Below, in pieces: positions 42,978 through 52,852 of a stretch of 64,000 bases of DNA. The notes under the pieces are model-generated. The model had not been told where the DNA came from. It did not search any database and was given only the letters and a program-made list of their open reading frames with translations. This stretch comes from Mantamonas sphyraenae STR306 (Eukaryota > Protista > CRuMs), in NCBI GenBank assembly GCA_026936335.1, contig JAPMXV010000013.1:183156-247155 (forward strand), written 5' to 3'. The stretch's first letter is position 1. Each line of letters starts with the position of its first letter. Made by a program: the position numbers and the translations under genes.

Positions 42978-45900
42978 ATGGGCAAAGGAAACCTTGCTCT
43001 CTTTGTGGTGTCGACGTATGTCATCGCACAGTCGGCTTTGATGATGGGCCGCTTTGCGGGCGGGTTCATCTCGTGGCCTGTGGTATGTTGGCGCGGGAGG
43101 ATTTGGGGGCCGGGAGAGAGTTGCACCGTGCATACAGCGTAGCATCCGCTTGCATGCGCGGTCGTGTGTGGCAGTCCATTTAGACATGTATGCGTGTCCA
43201 GTGCATGCGGGTGGGGTCGGTCGGGTCTGTGGGGTGGAGTTTGCAGCGAGTTTGCGGAAATTCGTGGTGGGCGTTTCGATGGGACGTGGGGTTTTCGGAC
43301 CCGCGGGCTAGCATGCAGGGGTAAGGGAGTGTGGCGCACAGGAGCATTGATTAGCTGACAGAGAGTACACAAACGGTGCGCATGTTTCATGCGTGTGCAG
43401 GTGTTGGTTCCGACGTTTGTGGCCATTGTGGTTTTCAACTGTGGGGTGTTTGGGAAGTACCTTTCGTCATGCAACGACAGCTCGGATTGCGACTCCACGG
43501 ACGGAGGGTATTTCATGGGCTGTTTTGTGCCAGGAACGTTGATCACTGTGTTTTTCATCATCCTGGCAGCGCGCATGGGCACGGAGGACTCGTTGCATGG
43601 TCTGCGCAGCATCGACGACATGAGCAGCAGCTGCTGCGCATACATGCGAGTGAACAGTACGGTGATCATGGGAATCTCATCGAGCTCGGCCACGCGGTAT
43701 GCAACGTTCAACGTGAGCAAATCGGTGGACGTGAGCGTGGAAGGCACTGTGATGGCAGGGGACTTTCGCTATGTGGGGCTGCGGCGTGCAGCAAGGACGT
43801 CATTCTCTACGTCGTCATCCAGCTCATCGGTTGCATGGACGGGCAGCTCGGGCGTGGACTACACCAAGGTGAAAAACAAGTTCAGGGTGGATGCCGCGTG
43901 TCTGACGCCTGGCACGTACTTTGTGCCCGTGCGTACGGACGACTCGGATTCGCGCATCAACATCACCGTGTCCGAGACGGGCAAGTGTTCGTCCGAAAGC
44001 ACAGCGCAGGGCTCTGGATTCACGGTTCTGGACGACGGGTCGATCAGGCTGCAGTATCGGGGCGTGTATGCACAGAGAGTGGCGACAGTGTCGCAGTACA
44101 CCATGCTGTATGTGGAAGTGGAAACCTTGACGGGCACGTCGACGCGTCTGCTGCTGCATCGCAACTATGCGCCGACGTACAACCGGTTCACTTACCTAGG
44201 ACACACCTACGGCTCGCGAAGCGTGATTGCCATGTGTGTGGACGCCGGAACGTGGTACATGGGTGTGGAAGGACGTGTGTCGTCATCTGTCGAGTCGTCG
44301 CTGACGAGAGTGCGCATCCACACCGTGTATGCGTCACCAAACACCTGCGTGCCCGGATTGGACGTTCCGCTACTGCCCACAACGGGCGGCAACGTGTATG
44401 TGGGCACACCGTACACCTATACGGGTGGCGTGTCGACGTCGAGTGCAGAGACAAGCAGCGCTACCGAGCTGCATCTCGTGGAGGGACAGGTTTACCGATT
44501 CCGCGTGCCGTCGCTGCTGGGCGACCAGCCCGTGCGTCTGTTCAGCAAGGACGTGGGCCAAACTGTCAACGTGACGGGCGACGTGGTGACCCAAGGCGTG
44601 CAGTTTTCATACCCGACGACGTGGCCGTTCTCGCCGCGCTCGGCCAACCGCGAAGACTTTTTCCAGTACATGCCGCATCCGTCGGACGTGGGAGCCAAGT
44701 ATGCGATTGGCACGACAGTTCCTGGTCTGCGAGTGCGCGTTGTTTCTGCAGCAAGCACACCTGCAGTGCAGTACGGCGGGACGGTGCAGTTCCAAATGCC
44801 TGCTTCGTCATCGACTCTGGGTCGGGGCCTGGCGTACATGGATCTGGACAGTCCGCGATCGGTGCGTGTGACGCTGACGCCTGTGGCGACATCTACGTTT
44901 GGCGCTCGTCTGGGCGTAGCGTCGGGCCTGTTCCGGGAATCGGCCTACTTTCAGTACTCGACGCGCTCGTCGTCCACAAGCCAGCTGAATGCGTATTTGT
45001 GTCTACGTGCAGGGCGTCACTGGTTCAGCGCACTGCCGTACACCAGTCAGACATCTTCAGAGACGGTAGAGCTTTCAGTGCAGCCATACGGGGCGTTGTG
45101 CAACAGCTACCTGAACCCTGTGGATCCAAATGCGGTGAGCACATCGTCGTCGAGTCTGTCCAACAGGTGGTGTCCCAGCTGTCTGCCTACGAATGCCGAT
45201 GAGGTGGTGCCTCGTGAGCACCTGTTCATCCCGCTGTACATCTACTTGTGCTGGATGTGCCTGTTCCTGGTTGTGCTCAACAGCGAAATTGCGTCGCCGG
45301 GCAACTCCATTTCCAAGGTGGAACTTGCGTTTTCATTGCGCATGTCTTTCCAACTGGAGATGTTGCTTGTGCTTGTGTTTGCGCAGCTGTTGCTGTTCAA
45401 CGCGTCGGCTGTTCAAGCCACGTCCATTCCCGCGTGGCTTGTGTCGCTTCCGATAACCATCATGTTTCTGCTGCTGACACGCTACTTTGGGCGTGTGCGC
45501 TCAGACGCAAAGTCTGTGCCTGTGGCGGGCTCGGCCAATCGGTCCTTGAACCTGAACTCAAACCACTTGTTGATCTGGGTGCACCTGCTTGCTTTTGTGG
45601 TGCTTCTTCCGCTGTCGATGGCCGGCCTTGTGTCACCTGCGCTTGCTGCTCTGCCTATCCTTCTCTTGGGGGTGTTTATGCTCCTGCTTGCGTGCTTGAA
45701 CCAGGTCCGCGGCGTGGATCTGCCACAAACGATGTTTGAGTTTTACAAAGCGCAGTTGCGTCAGGTGGACTACTTGCCGTCGGACGAGAGGGACCGCGAT
45801 GCTAACGCGCAGTTTATGAGCGATGAAGAGGAGGAGGGCGCGGGCGCGGGCGAGAGCGAGGACGGAGGGCGACCGAAGCCGACGTTTCCGTTTGAGCAGC

Positions 45901-47495
45901 ACGAGTCGATCCGGCGCACCATTCTGCAGCTGGGCTCCTACGTGTTTCTGATGATGGCATGGGTGATTCTGGCAGCAGGAGTTGCGTATGTGGGTCTGAC
46001 GTCTGTGGCGGAGCCTGTGATGGGAGGGATTGTGGCCGCGCCTTGGTTTCTGCTGTTTGTGGCGACGCCCGTGTTTTCGTACTTTGTGTGCAAGGCGATC
46101 CACCGTGCGGTGTTTACGCGTGTGACGGGCTCGAATATCACGTACAACGGAATGTCGGACAACTGGAAGGTGGCGGTGGTGCTGATGGGCATGTGCGTGA
46201 TGGCGTGCGGGCTTGCGATTGCGGGCATGATTGCCGATTCAGAGTATGTGTACGGAGGGTCAGACTACATTGCGCCTGCGTACGTGATCTCGGGATTGGG
46301 TGTGCTGTCGTTGCTGTCGATGCTGTTTGTTGTGGACGAGCAGTCGCTGCAGGACCCGCGCACGGGGTTCCTCATTCGCCTGTATGGAGGTTGCGTGGTG
46401 CTGTTTACAGCACAGGTGGTCCTGTTCAATCTCTGGTGGAACTACATGGTGGGCCCGCTGGTGGTGTTTGTGCCGATGTATTTGGTGGGTGTGGGCGAGA
46501 TGGTTGTGGCAGTGCGCATGCTGGGCTTCTACGACGCCAAGGGCTACCGTCCGAAGAAGGCGATGACGGTGTACCCGCTGGTGGTGGTTCTTCTGGTGAG
46601 TGGTGTGTGCCAAGTGGTATTCTTTGTGATGCTCGGCTACGTGATTTCGGGAGACCCGTCTCTGCGTAGCGTGCTGGCTGTGCCTGTGCTTGTGTTTGCG
46701 CTCTCGTGGATGGCGTTGGTGGGCCTGTGGAACTATCGGTACGACTGGGCGCCAGACAGTGTGTTTCCGGCGCGTGTGGAGGACAAGAACAAGGTGGTGG
46801 AGGTTGCTCCCAGTGGAAACGGAGACATTGTGCTGACGGCTCTGGACGAAACCGGTCGAGCCATCCCCATGGCGATGAGTGAAGAGGGCGGCGCCGGAGT
46901 GGGTGGCCAGGGAGTGGCACGGCACAGTGCGTTCTTCTCCATCAACGGGCCGTCGTCGTCGGCGTCGCCGTCGCAGTACAGCAGCGGCGTGCAGCAGCAC
47001 AAGGGAGGGAGTGAGGCGCCGCCAAGCTTTGAAAGTGTAGTGAGCATGCAGATGTTGGCGGAGCAGAAGCAGGAGGCAGGCGGGTCATCGTCGTCGTCGT
47101 CGTCATCGGCAGCTTCGCCGTCGGGAGCAGACATGAAGCGTCTGTTTGAGGCGCAGTCGCTGGCGGTGCAGGATGGAGAGGGGCGGCGACGAAGCAGTAG
47201 CACGAGTGGGCGAGGTCACGGGGCAGATGAGACACCGATGATGTCGCGAAGGCAGTATGTTGGGCGGCTGGGCACGGTCGAGTCGCTGTGCTCTGCGTCG
47301 ACGTTCAAGTTTCTGGAGAGGGAGGTGGAGAAGCTGAACGATGCTTACTTGGGCAACCATGGCGCGCATCCAAAGATGACTCAGCGGCAGTTTAACGCGT
47401 TGGTGGAGCTGACGATTGCGGCCGGCGATCCCGAGTTCCGTGACACGCTGAAGTTGATTGTGTCGCACTTTGACAGGGTGGACAACTTCATTTAA
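42978..47495 (+). CDS. Large multi-pass membrane protein with a roughly 500-aa beta-rich extracytoplasmic region and TMEM185-like TM hairpins, 2 exons
   Basis: Exon 42978-43082, intron GTATGT..GCTGAC..GCAG, exon 43401-47495. About 15-17 hydrophobic segments with recurring xxFxP-type motifs. Confidence 0.72.
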
Positions 47496-47558
47496 GGAGG
47501 CGACGAAATGTAGAGTAGCACCTCTTGCTTGTGTTTGTTTGAATGTTTGGATTTGCCG

Positions 47559-48626
47559 TCATGGCGCCAGCCAGGAGGCGATGCGCCACAGGATCTCGAC
47601 TGGGAGACGGTGCCACAGACTGTCTTGCTGGTCGTCACGAGAGCGAAGGGCGTTGATCATGACCATGGTCCAGACTTCTTGCCAGAAGGGTTGGTCGGCG
47701 TAGAGGGCGTGGTTCTGCGGGGACCAGGAGCAAAGCACCCAGGGAGCCGCAAGGAGCCTCAAACAGGTGTTGAGGTCGACCCAGAGCTCGTCGCGACCAA
47801 AGGCACACATGAGCTCACGTTGATTGTACATGCAAGCACCCATATAGCGTGGAGAGGCGTCGGGAAAGTCGTAGATAGTGCTGCGGCCGGTGTGGAGATT
47901 GACGACTTCGCCACCGCCAAGGACACCTTTCGAGGCAATCCATCCGCCAAAGCGGACGAGGTGGTCGCCAAAACAGGCTGCTGCACCGCCGTAAACGCGC
48001 TCGCGGCCCGGTCTGCGGACGAGAGGCTTGAATTCGAGGGTGTCGCGCTGGAGCAGAAGGATGTCGTCGTTGCGGTCCTCGTCGACGCCGTCATAGCCGC
48101 CGTAGAGGACAAAGTCGTCGTGCCAGGGCAGGAGAAGGTGGTAGGCGCGGACGACGGGGTCCTTTTGTGGGACGGTGGTGACCGTGAGGGAGGTGGGCCC
48201 TGTGCGAGTGAGGAGGAGGAGAGTGGACTGGATTGACAGGGATGAGGCAACACCGCCATGAATAAGAATACTTTGGGGATTGTAGGCGCAACTGGCGGAG
48301 TTTTGCGTGGGATGGACGTCGTTGTCGAGCTGAAGATCGAGGTCGAGCGGGCGAAGATCAATGAGCTCCTGGAACTGTTGGAATTGCCAAGCAAGGAGTT
48401 GGAGGGAAGAGCCAAACGAGCCACCAATGACAAGGATCCAGTCCTGGATGACGGTTACGATGGGCGCGACGAGATCTGGAGTCTGTTCGACAGCGAGGAG
48501 GTTGCCGCTTTCGATATGTAGGACAAGGAGGTCCTGGCGTGCTCCACCCGCGACGACCCGCGACGTCAAAGTCGAGAAGGGCGCCAGACATGTCAGAGGC
48601 GCCCATGGCGTCGAGAGGTTCGCCAT
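47559..48626 (-). CDS. Kelch-repeat beta-propeller protein with C-terminal F-box-like motif
   Basis: Repeated hydrophobic-GG motifs (ILVIGG, ILIHGG, FVLYGG, LVRFGG). C-terminus WSPQNHALY...LPVEILWRIASWL. Confidence 0.68.
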   Translation of the reverse strand: MANLSTPWAPLTCLAPFSTLTSRVVAGGARQDLLVLHIESGNLLAVEQTPDLVAPIVTVIQDWILVIGGSFGSSLQLLAWQFQQFQELIDLRPLDLDLQLDNDVHPTQNSASCAYNPQSILIHGGVASSLSIQSTLLLLTRTGPTSLTVTTVPQKDPVVRAYHLLLPWHDDFVLYGGYDGVDEDRNDDILLLQRDTLEFKPLVRRPGRERVYGGAAACFGDHLVRFGGWIASKGVLGGGEVVNLHTGRSTIYDFPDASPRYMGACMYNQRELMCAFGRDELWVDLNTCLRLLAAPWVLCSWSPQNHALYADQPFWQEVWTMVMINALRSRDDQQDSLWHRLPVEILWRIASWLAP

Positions 48627-48686
48627 CGAGGGCCTGCATTGGGTGCGCGAGCGAGGGCAAGAGAAGCGAGGAGAAGACGGGCGGCG

Positions 48687-49178
48687 ATGTCGATGCGTAG
48701 GACGACGCTGCGGTCAACTGTGGGATGGATTATTGGACGGGCAGGGCACACGGTTGCAACGAATCGACGGGCGCGGTTTGACTATGAACTGCAGGGCTCT
48801 GAGCTGGAGGCCGGCCTTGTGCTACAGACGAGCGAGGTAAAGGCGCTTCGAGCAGGGCACTGTGACATTGCAGCGGCACATGTGGGCCACCGCAAGGGAG
48901 AATTGTATCTATACAACGCACACATTCCGTGCAATGACCCTCGGTACGGGGTACACGAGGCGCACCGTGCGCGGAAACTGCTGACGTCAAAGAGGGAGCG
49001 ACTGCGGCTGATGCAGGAGTACCAGCGGAACGGAATGTCCATTGTGCCGCTTCGTGTGTACTTCAACAACCGAGGGTATGCCAAGGTGGCAGTGTCACTT
49101 GCGCGGGGGAAAAAGTCGAGGGACAAGCGGCAGGCGATCCGTGAGCGGGATCTTGCACGAGCGGCATCCTCATGGTGA
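48687..49178 (+). CDS. smpB: SsrA(tmRNA)-binding protein SmpB, probably mitochondrion-targeted
   Basis: NRRARFDY, EAGLVLxxSEVKALR, LYNAHIP, RKLL, IVPLRVYFNNRGYAKV, LARGKKxxDKRQAIRERD. N-terminal extension MSMRRTTLRSTVGWIIGR. Confidence 0.93.
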   Translation: MSMRRTTLRSTVGWIIGRAGHTVATNRRARFDYELQGSELEAGLVLQTSEVKALRAGHCDIAAAHVGHRKGELYLYNAHIPCNDPRYGVHEAHRARKLLTSKRERLRLMQEYQRNGMSIVPLRVYFNNRGYAKVAVSLARGKKSRDKRQAIRERDLARAASSW

Positions 49179-49299
49179 TGTGGGATTGTAGGGGGTCTTG
49201 GAAGCAAGTAGGCTGAGGTGGGATGGGGCGGTTGGACGTGGTGGTTGGACGGGGCGGTTGGAAGGGCGACGGGTCGAGCAAGGAAAACGGAGCGTGAGG

Positions 49300-51261
49300 A
49301 TGGCGAAACATGAGCAGGCCGACTTGATGCAGGATCTGTTTGACGACGACAGCCCGCCGGTGGTGAACTTGAACGATCGGTCGTTCTCACACATGTCGGT
49401 GGAGAGCGGAGAGCGAGAGGGGGAGGCAAAGACGGGCGGGAGGCAGGGGACGTCGCTCGCTGATGAACTGCATTGGAACGACATTGGGTCGATCAACAAT
49501 ACAGCGTTGATGCGGAATATGAAGTGTACGAGGGAGTGCGGAAGAGGGATGGGAGGCGTGGATGTGATTGGCGCCAAAACGCTGACACGAAAACGGGATA
49601 TGGGGCCTGGCACAGCGGTGGACACGACACGGAGCACAGTGGGGTCGTCATACGGTGGGCAGGGAGCGGGGTGGGCACCGGCAGATGACATCCAGATGAG
49701 TCTGGTGGAGCAGGAGGTGGCGAAACAACTGCAACTTTCGACGAGGGCGAGTGGGTCAAGTCGGCCTTTGCAGCCGAAGCGGACGTTTACAAGCCTGTCA
49801 CGCCTGCATGGAGGGTCGACGGGAGTGGGAAGGCCGTCGGGAACAGTGGGACCACAACCACAACCGACGGCTCCGCAGCTGGAGGCGACGTCTACGACAC
49901 GAGTTTGGTCGGCAGCGCCTGGTCACACGGGGGCGACACGAGTGGCACAGCAGGACGCCGAAAGGCCACCGCCACCGCACAACCCGGACACTGCGGAGCC
50001 GACGGCGCCACAGCTGGACGTAGTGGCTGGGCAAACGGGGTTTGACGCAGAGGCGTTGATTGCGAGGTTGAGCAAGCCCGTGGAGGAGGTGGTGCATGCT
50101 CAGAGGCATCGAGTGGAAACTATTGCGAAACAAGATGCCGAGACTGATCTGCAGCGACAACTGGCGGCTATGCGGCGTCAATTGGGTGCTCTGGAAGGGA
50201 AACTGAACCATATTGAGCGGCACGAGCACCCAGAGGCGGAACGGCGCACGCATGAGCAGGATCATGACCGTGTGGACGCCTACGTGGATGCAGCAGTGCG
50301 GCATCACGGGGAGTTTGCTCCGCTGGACGAGGACACGCATGCGTCGCTGTACGACGAGCATCATTCGCCACAGATGTATTCGTCGATGGTGCGGAAGGGT
50401 CAGTACCAGGCTCCGTCGCAACCATACAGTGTGAGTAGCATTGGGAGCATGCCTGGACTGAGTGACGTGGAAAGGGAGAGCGGTGACGTGCGAGGAGGGA
50501 GGCGCAGGAGGGGAGGCGGAGAGAAAGAGAAGTACTCGCCGGCATCGGCCACATCAAGGAGGTCGGGGAGGTCGAGGAGGTCGGAGAGGTCGGAGAGGTC
50601 GCACCGTCCGTCGTCGGCGTCGTCGCGTGGGGCAGGAGGAAGGCGGCGTTCGGGGAGTGTGTCGTCGAGCGGATCGAGTGTATCGAGCGTGTCGAGCGTG
50701 TCGAGCAGATCCTCAGCAAGGCGTGGAAGCAGAAGGGATGGATCGGCGTTGGAAAGGACGAGGGCGACGTTGGAGAAGGAGATTGCAGCGAGGAAACGGG
50801 CGCAACGGAGGGCCAAGGAGTACAAGCGGCGAATGGAGCAGCTGGAGCAGGATGTGGCACACGCGTCGACGTTCCAGCAAAAGGCAAGCAAACTGGCAAG
50901 CAAGCTAAGCAAGTCTGAAGAGGCGCGCAAGGACCTGCAGCACAAGGTGGAGATGCTGAAGAAGCACGTGCGGAGGCTGGAAGACGAAAACCACGAGCTG
51001 CAACTGCGTGTGGAAGAGGCAGAGTCGATGCCCACGTCGGCTGTGTTTACGGTGGATGACTATCTGCACAAGCTGACGGGAGGGGCCAAGCACAGCAGCA
51101 GTACAAAGGGAGGAAGCAAGAAAAAGGGCAGTAGGCGAGGAATGTCGACGTCGACGTCGACATCGTCGACAGCGAGCAGCTCGGCAGCCAAGAAAAAGCG
51201 CACGCGAAAGCGCAGCAGCACGTCGACGACGAGTGGGGTGCGGCACATCGCGTGGCGCTGA
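49300..51261 (+). CDS. Hypothetical coiled-coil/low-complexity protein
   Basis: Long ORF with heptad segments (LERTRATLEKEI..LQHKVEMLKKHVRRLEDENHEL). No family recognised. Confidence 0.7.
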   Translation: MAKHEQADLMQDLFDDDSPPVVNLNDRSFSHMSVESGEREGEAKTGGRQGTSLADELHWNDIGSINNTALMRNMKCTRECGRGMGGVDVIGAKTLTRKRDMGPGTAVDTTRSTVGSSYGGQGAGWAPADDIQMSLVEQEVAKQLQLSTRASGSSRPLQPKRTFTSLSRLHGGSTGVGRPSGTVGPQPQPTAPQLEATSTTRVWSAAPGHTGATRVAQQDAERPPPPHNPDTAEPTAPQLDVVAGQTGFDAEALIARLSKPVEEVVHAQRHRVETIAKQDAETDLQRQLAAMRRQLGALEGKLNHIERHEHPEAERRTHEQDHDRVDAYVDAAVRHHGEFAPLDEDTHASLYDEHHSPQMYSSMVRKGQYQAPSQPYSVSSIGSMPGLSDVERESGDVRGGRRRRGGGEKEKYSPASATSRRSGRSRRSERSERSHRPSSASSRGAGGRRRSGSVSSSGSSVSSVSSVSSRSSARRGSRRDGSALERTRATLEKEIAARKRAQRRAKEYKRRMEQLEQDVAHASTFQQKASKLASKLSKSEEARKDLQHKVEMLKKHVRRLEDENHELQLRVEEAESMPTSAVFTVDDYLHKLTGGAKHSSSTKGGSKKKGSRRGMSTSTSTSSTASSSAAKKKRTRKRSSTSTTSGVRHIAWR

Positions 51262-51280
51262 GGGAGCCAGCGAATCGAGG

Positions 51281-52819
51281 ATGCCACGACCGCGGGCTGG
51301 AAAGAGTGCGGGATCTTCAAAGAAACTGTTGTCGGTGACGCTTTTGGAAGCGTCGCCCATTGTGTATGGCTCATTGATTGTGTGTGGCCTGCTGGGCGTG
51401 TGGGGATCGCTGCTGAACCATTTTGCGCTGGAGTCTGTGGAGGAGCATGTGTCTGCACTGCAGGATTGGGTGCCGCCGTTGCTACGTCGACCAGTACTTA
51501 CGTTTGTCGTGCCTTTTCTACCCGCAGGGGGCCATGTCATCAGCACGGCTCTGCTGTGTTGGGTTCCTCTGGCAGCGGCGTTTCTGTATGCAGAAGGCGT
51601 GGCCAGGCGGACTTCGCAGCGCTCTCCACTGCTCTATGCCTTTGTGCAAACCTGTGTGGCCATCTCGGCCGGGTTGCCGCTGTTTCTGATGCACCAGGCG
51701 GCGGACAAGCTTGCGGCAGCACAATCGCCCCGGGCGGAAACGAAGCCAGATTCAGAGGGGAACAAGGAGAGGGCAGCAGAAAGAAGTGAACCACAGGCTT
51801 CGTCGAAAACAACGCCGCTGACGCTGTCGACGGTGCACAAGCGGTCGCAGGGCGGGAACGAAGGACTGGCCAGCGCGCGACCGCGGCTCGAGCGGTCGCG
51901 GCCGACGCACCTGGATCATGGGGTGTTTCTGCGCTCAGAATCAGAGAGCAGAGTGGTACTGGAGGGATCTCAGGGGGCTGTGCATGGATCAGAATCGCCC
52001 ACGGCCACGTTTGAGGGCAGCTCCGGGATGCTTTTCGAAGTGAGCGAGTCTGTGCCTGACGACGAGGAGCCTGGACCGACCCCGCTTCGGCGGCGGTTGG
52101 ATAGCATGTACAAGTCGGAAGCGCGGCCGGGGGAATTTCAAAAACAGCTTGATGAGATGGTGAGCACGCTGAGCGAGGAGATTTCAGAGGACGTGGCGAG
52201 TGCGCCTGTGGTGCGTACGGTGACGATGCACGTGGTGCCAGCGGCGGCTGTGTTGGTGCTTCTTGTGACAATGGCAGCGGTTGCTCTGCTGCCGCGAGCG
52301 GCGGTGGGCCACGACACCGCGATGTTTACCGGGGCGCTTGCTGTGGCGGCGGCCTCGTCGCTGTATGTGGTGACCATCGAGCCTGTGGTGGCGCGTGTGA
52401 AGTCGGACTCGGAGGTGGTGAGGCTGCTTGCACAGAATCGGATCATGCTGGCGGTTCTGTATACGGTGATCGGGGCGGCGACGTCGACACTGCTTCTCGT
52501 TGCGTCGCAGCACGGGACGACGGACACGTCTGTTATAAGTGCAGTGTGGCACGATGCGTGGCACGGGTCGTCGTTGCTGACTGGCTTTTCGTTGGATCTG
52601 ATCTTTGTGGCAGTGAGTGCGCTTGCTTTCACACTGATGGACATCGTGCGGCATCGGCACACGAGCATGCACAATGGCGCAGTGGTGGCGGTGTCCCTTG
52701 CACTGCAGTGCAGCATTGTTTGGAGTCCCGTTGGCTTTGCACTGTACCTGGCGTTTCGGGAACTGGCGAAGCTGGATTTGTTTTTGCGTGGGTTGAAGCT
52801 TGCAAGTGAAGAGGAGTGA
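51281..52819 (+). CDS. Multi-pass membrane protein, two TM halves separated by a polar loop (DUF2834-like endings)
   Basis: Hydrophobic blocks ending SAGLPLFL and GFALYLAFRE. 51281 is the only in-frame ATG before the first TMs. Confidence 0.68.
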   Translation: MPRPRAGKSAGSSKKLLSVTLLEASPIVYGSLIVCGLLGVWGSLLNHFALESVEEHVSALQDWVPPLLRRPVLTFVVPFLPAGGHVISTALLCWVPLAAAFLYAEGVARRTSQRSPLLYAFVQTCVAISAGLPLFLMHQAADKLAAAQSPRAETKPDSEGNKERAAERSEPQASSKTTPLTLSTVHKRSQGGNEGLASARPRLERSRPTHLDHGVFLRSESESRVVLEGSQGAVHGSESPTATFEGSSGMLFEVSESVPDDEEPGPTPLRRRLDSMYKSEARPGEFQKQLDEMVSTLSEEISEDVASAPVVRTVTMHVVPAAAVLVLLVTMAAVALLPRAAVGHDTAMFTGALAVAAASSLYVVTIEPVVARVKSDSEVVRLLAQNRIMLAVLYTVIGAATSTLLLVASQHGTTDTSVISAVWHDAWHGSSLLTGFSLDLIFVAVSALAFTLMDIVRHRHTSMHNGAVVAVSLALQCSIVWSPVGFALYLAFRELAKLDLFLRGLKLASEEE

Positions 52820-52852
52820 ACATTGAGAACACCCACAACGATCATTCATTGG

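Noticed and set aside
48639-49178. smpB as bacterial contamination, or an adjacent ssrA gene
   Set aside because: Flanks are eukaryotic-type genes with seamless composition and spacing, and the protein has a presequence-like extension. No tmRNA-like acceptor stem/T-arm was recognised nearby.
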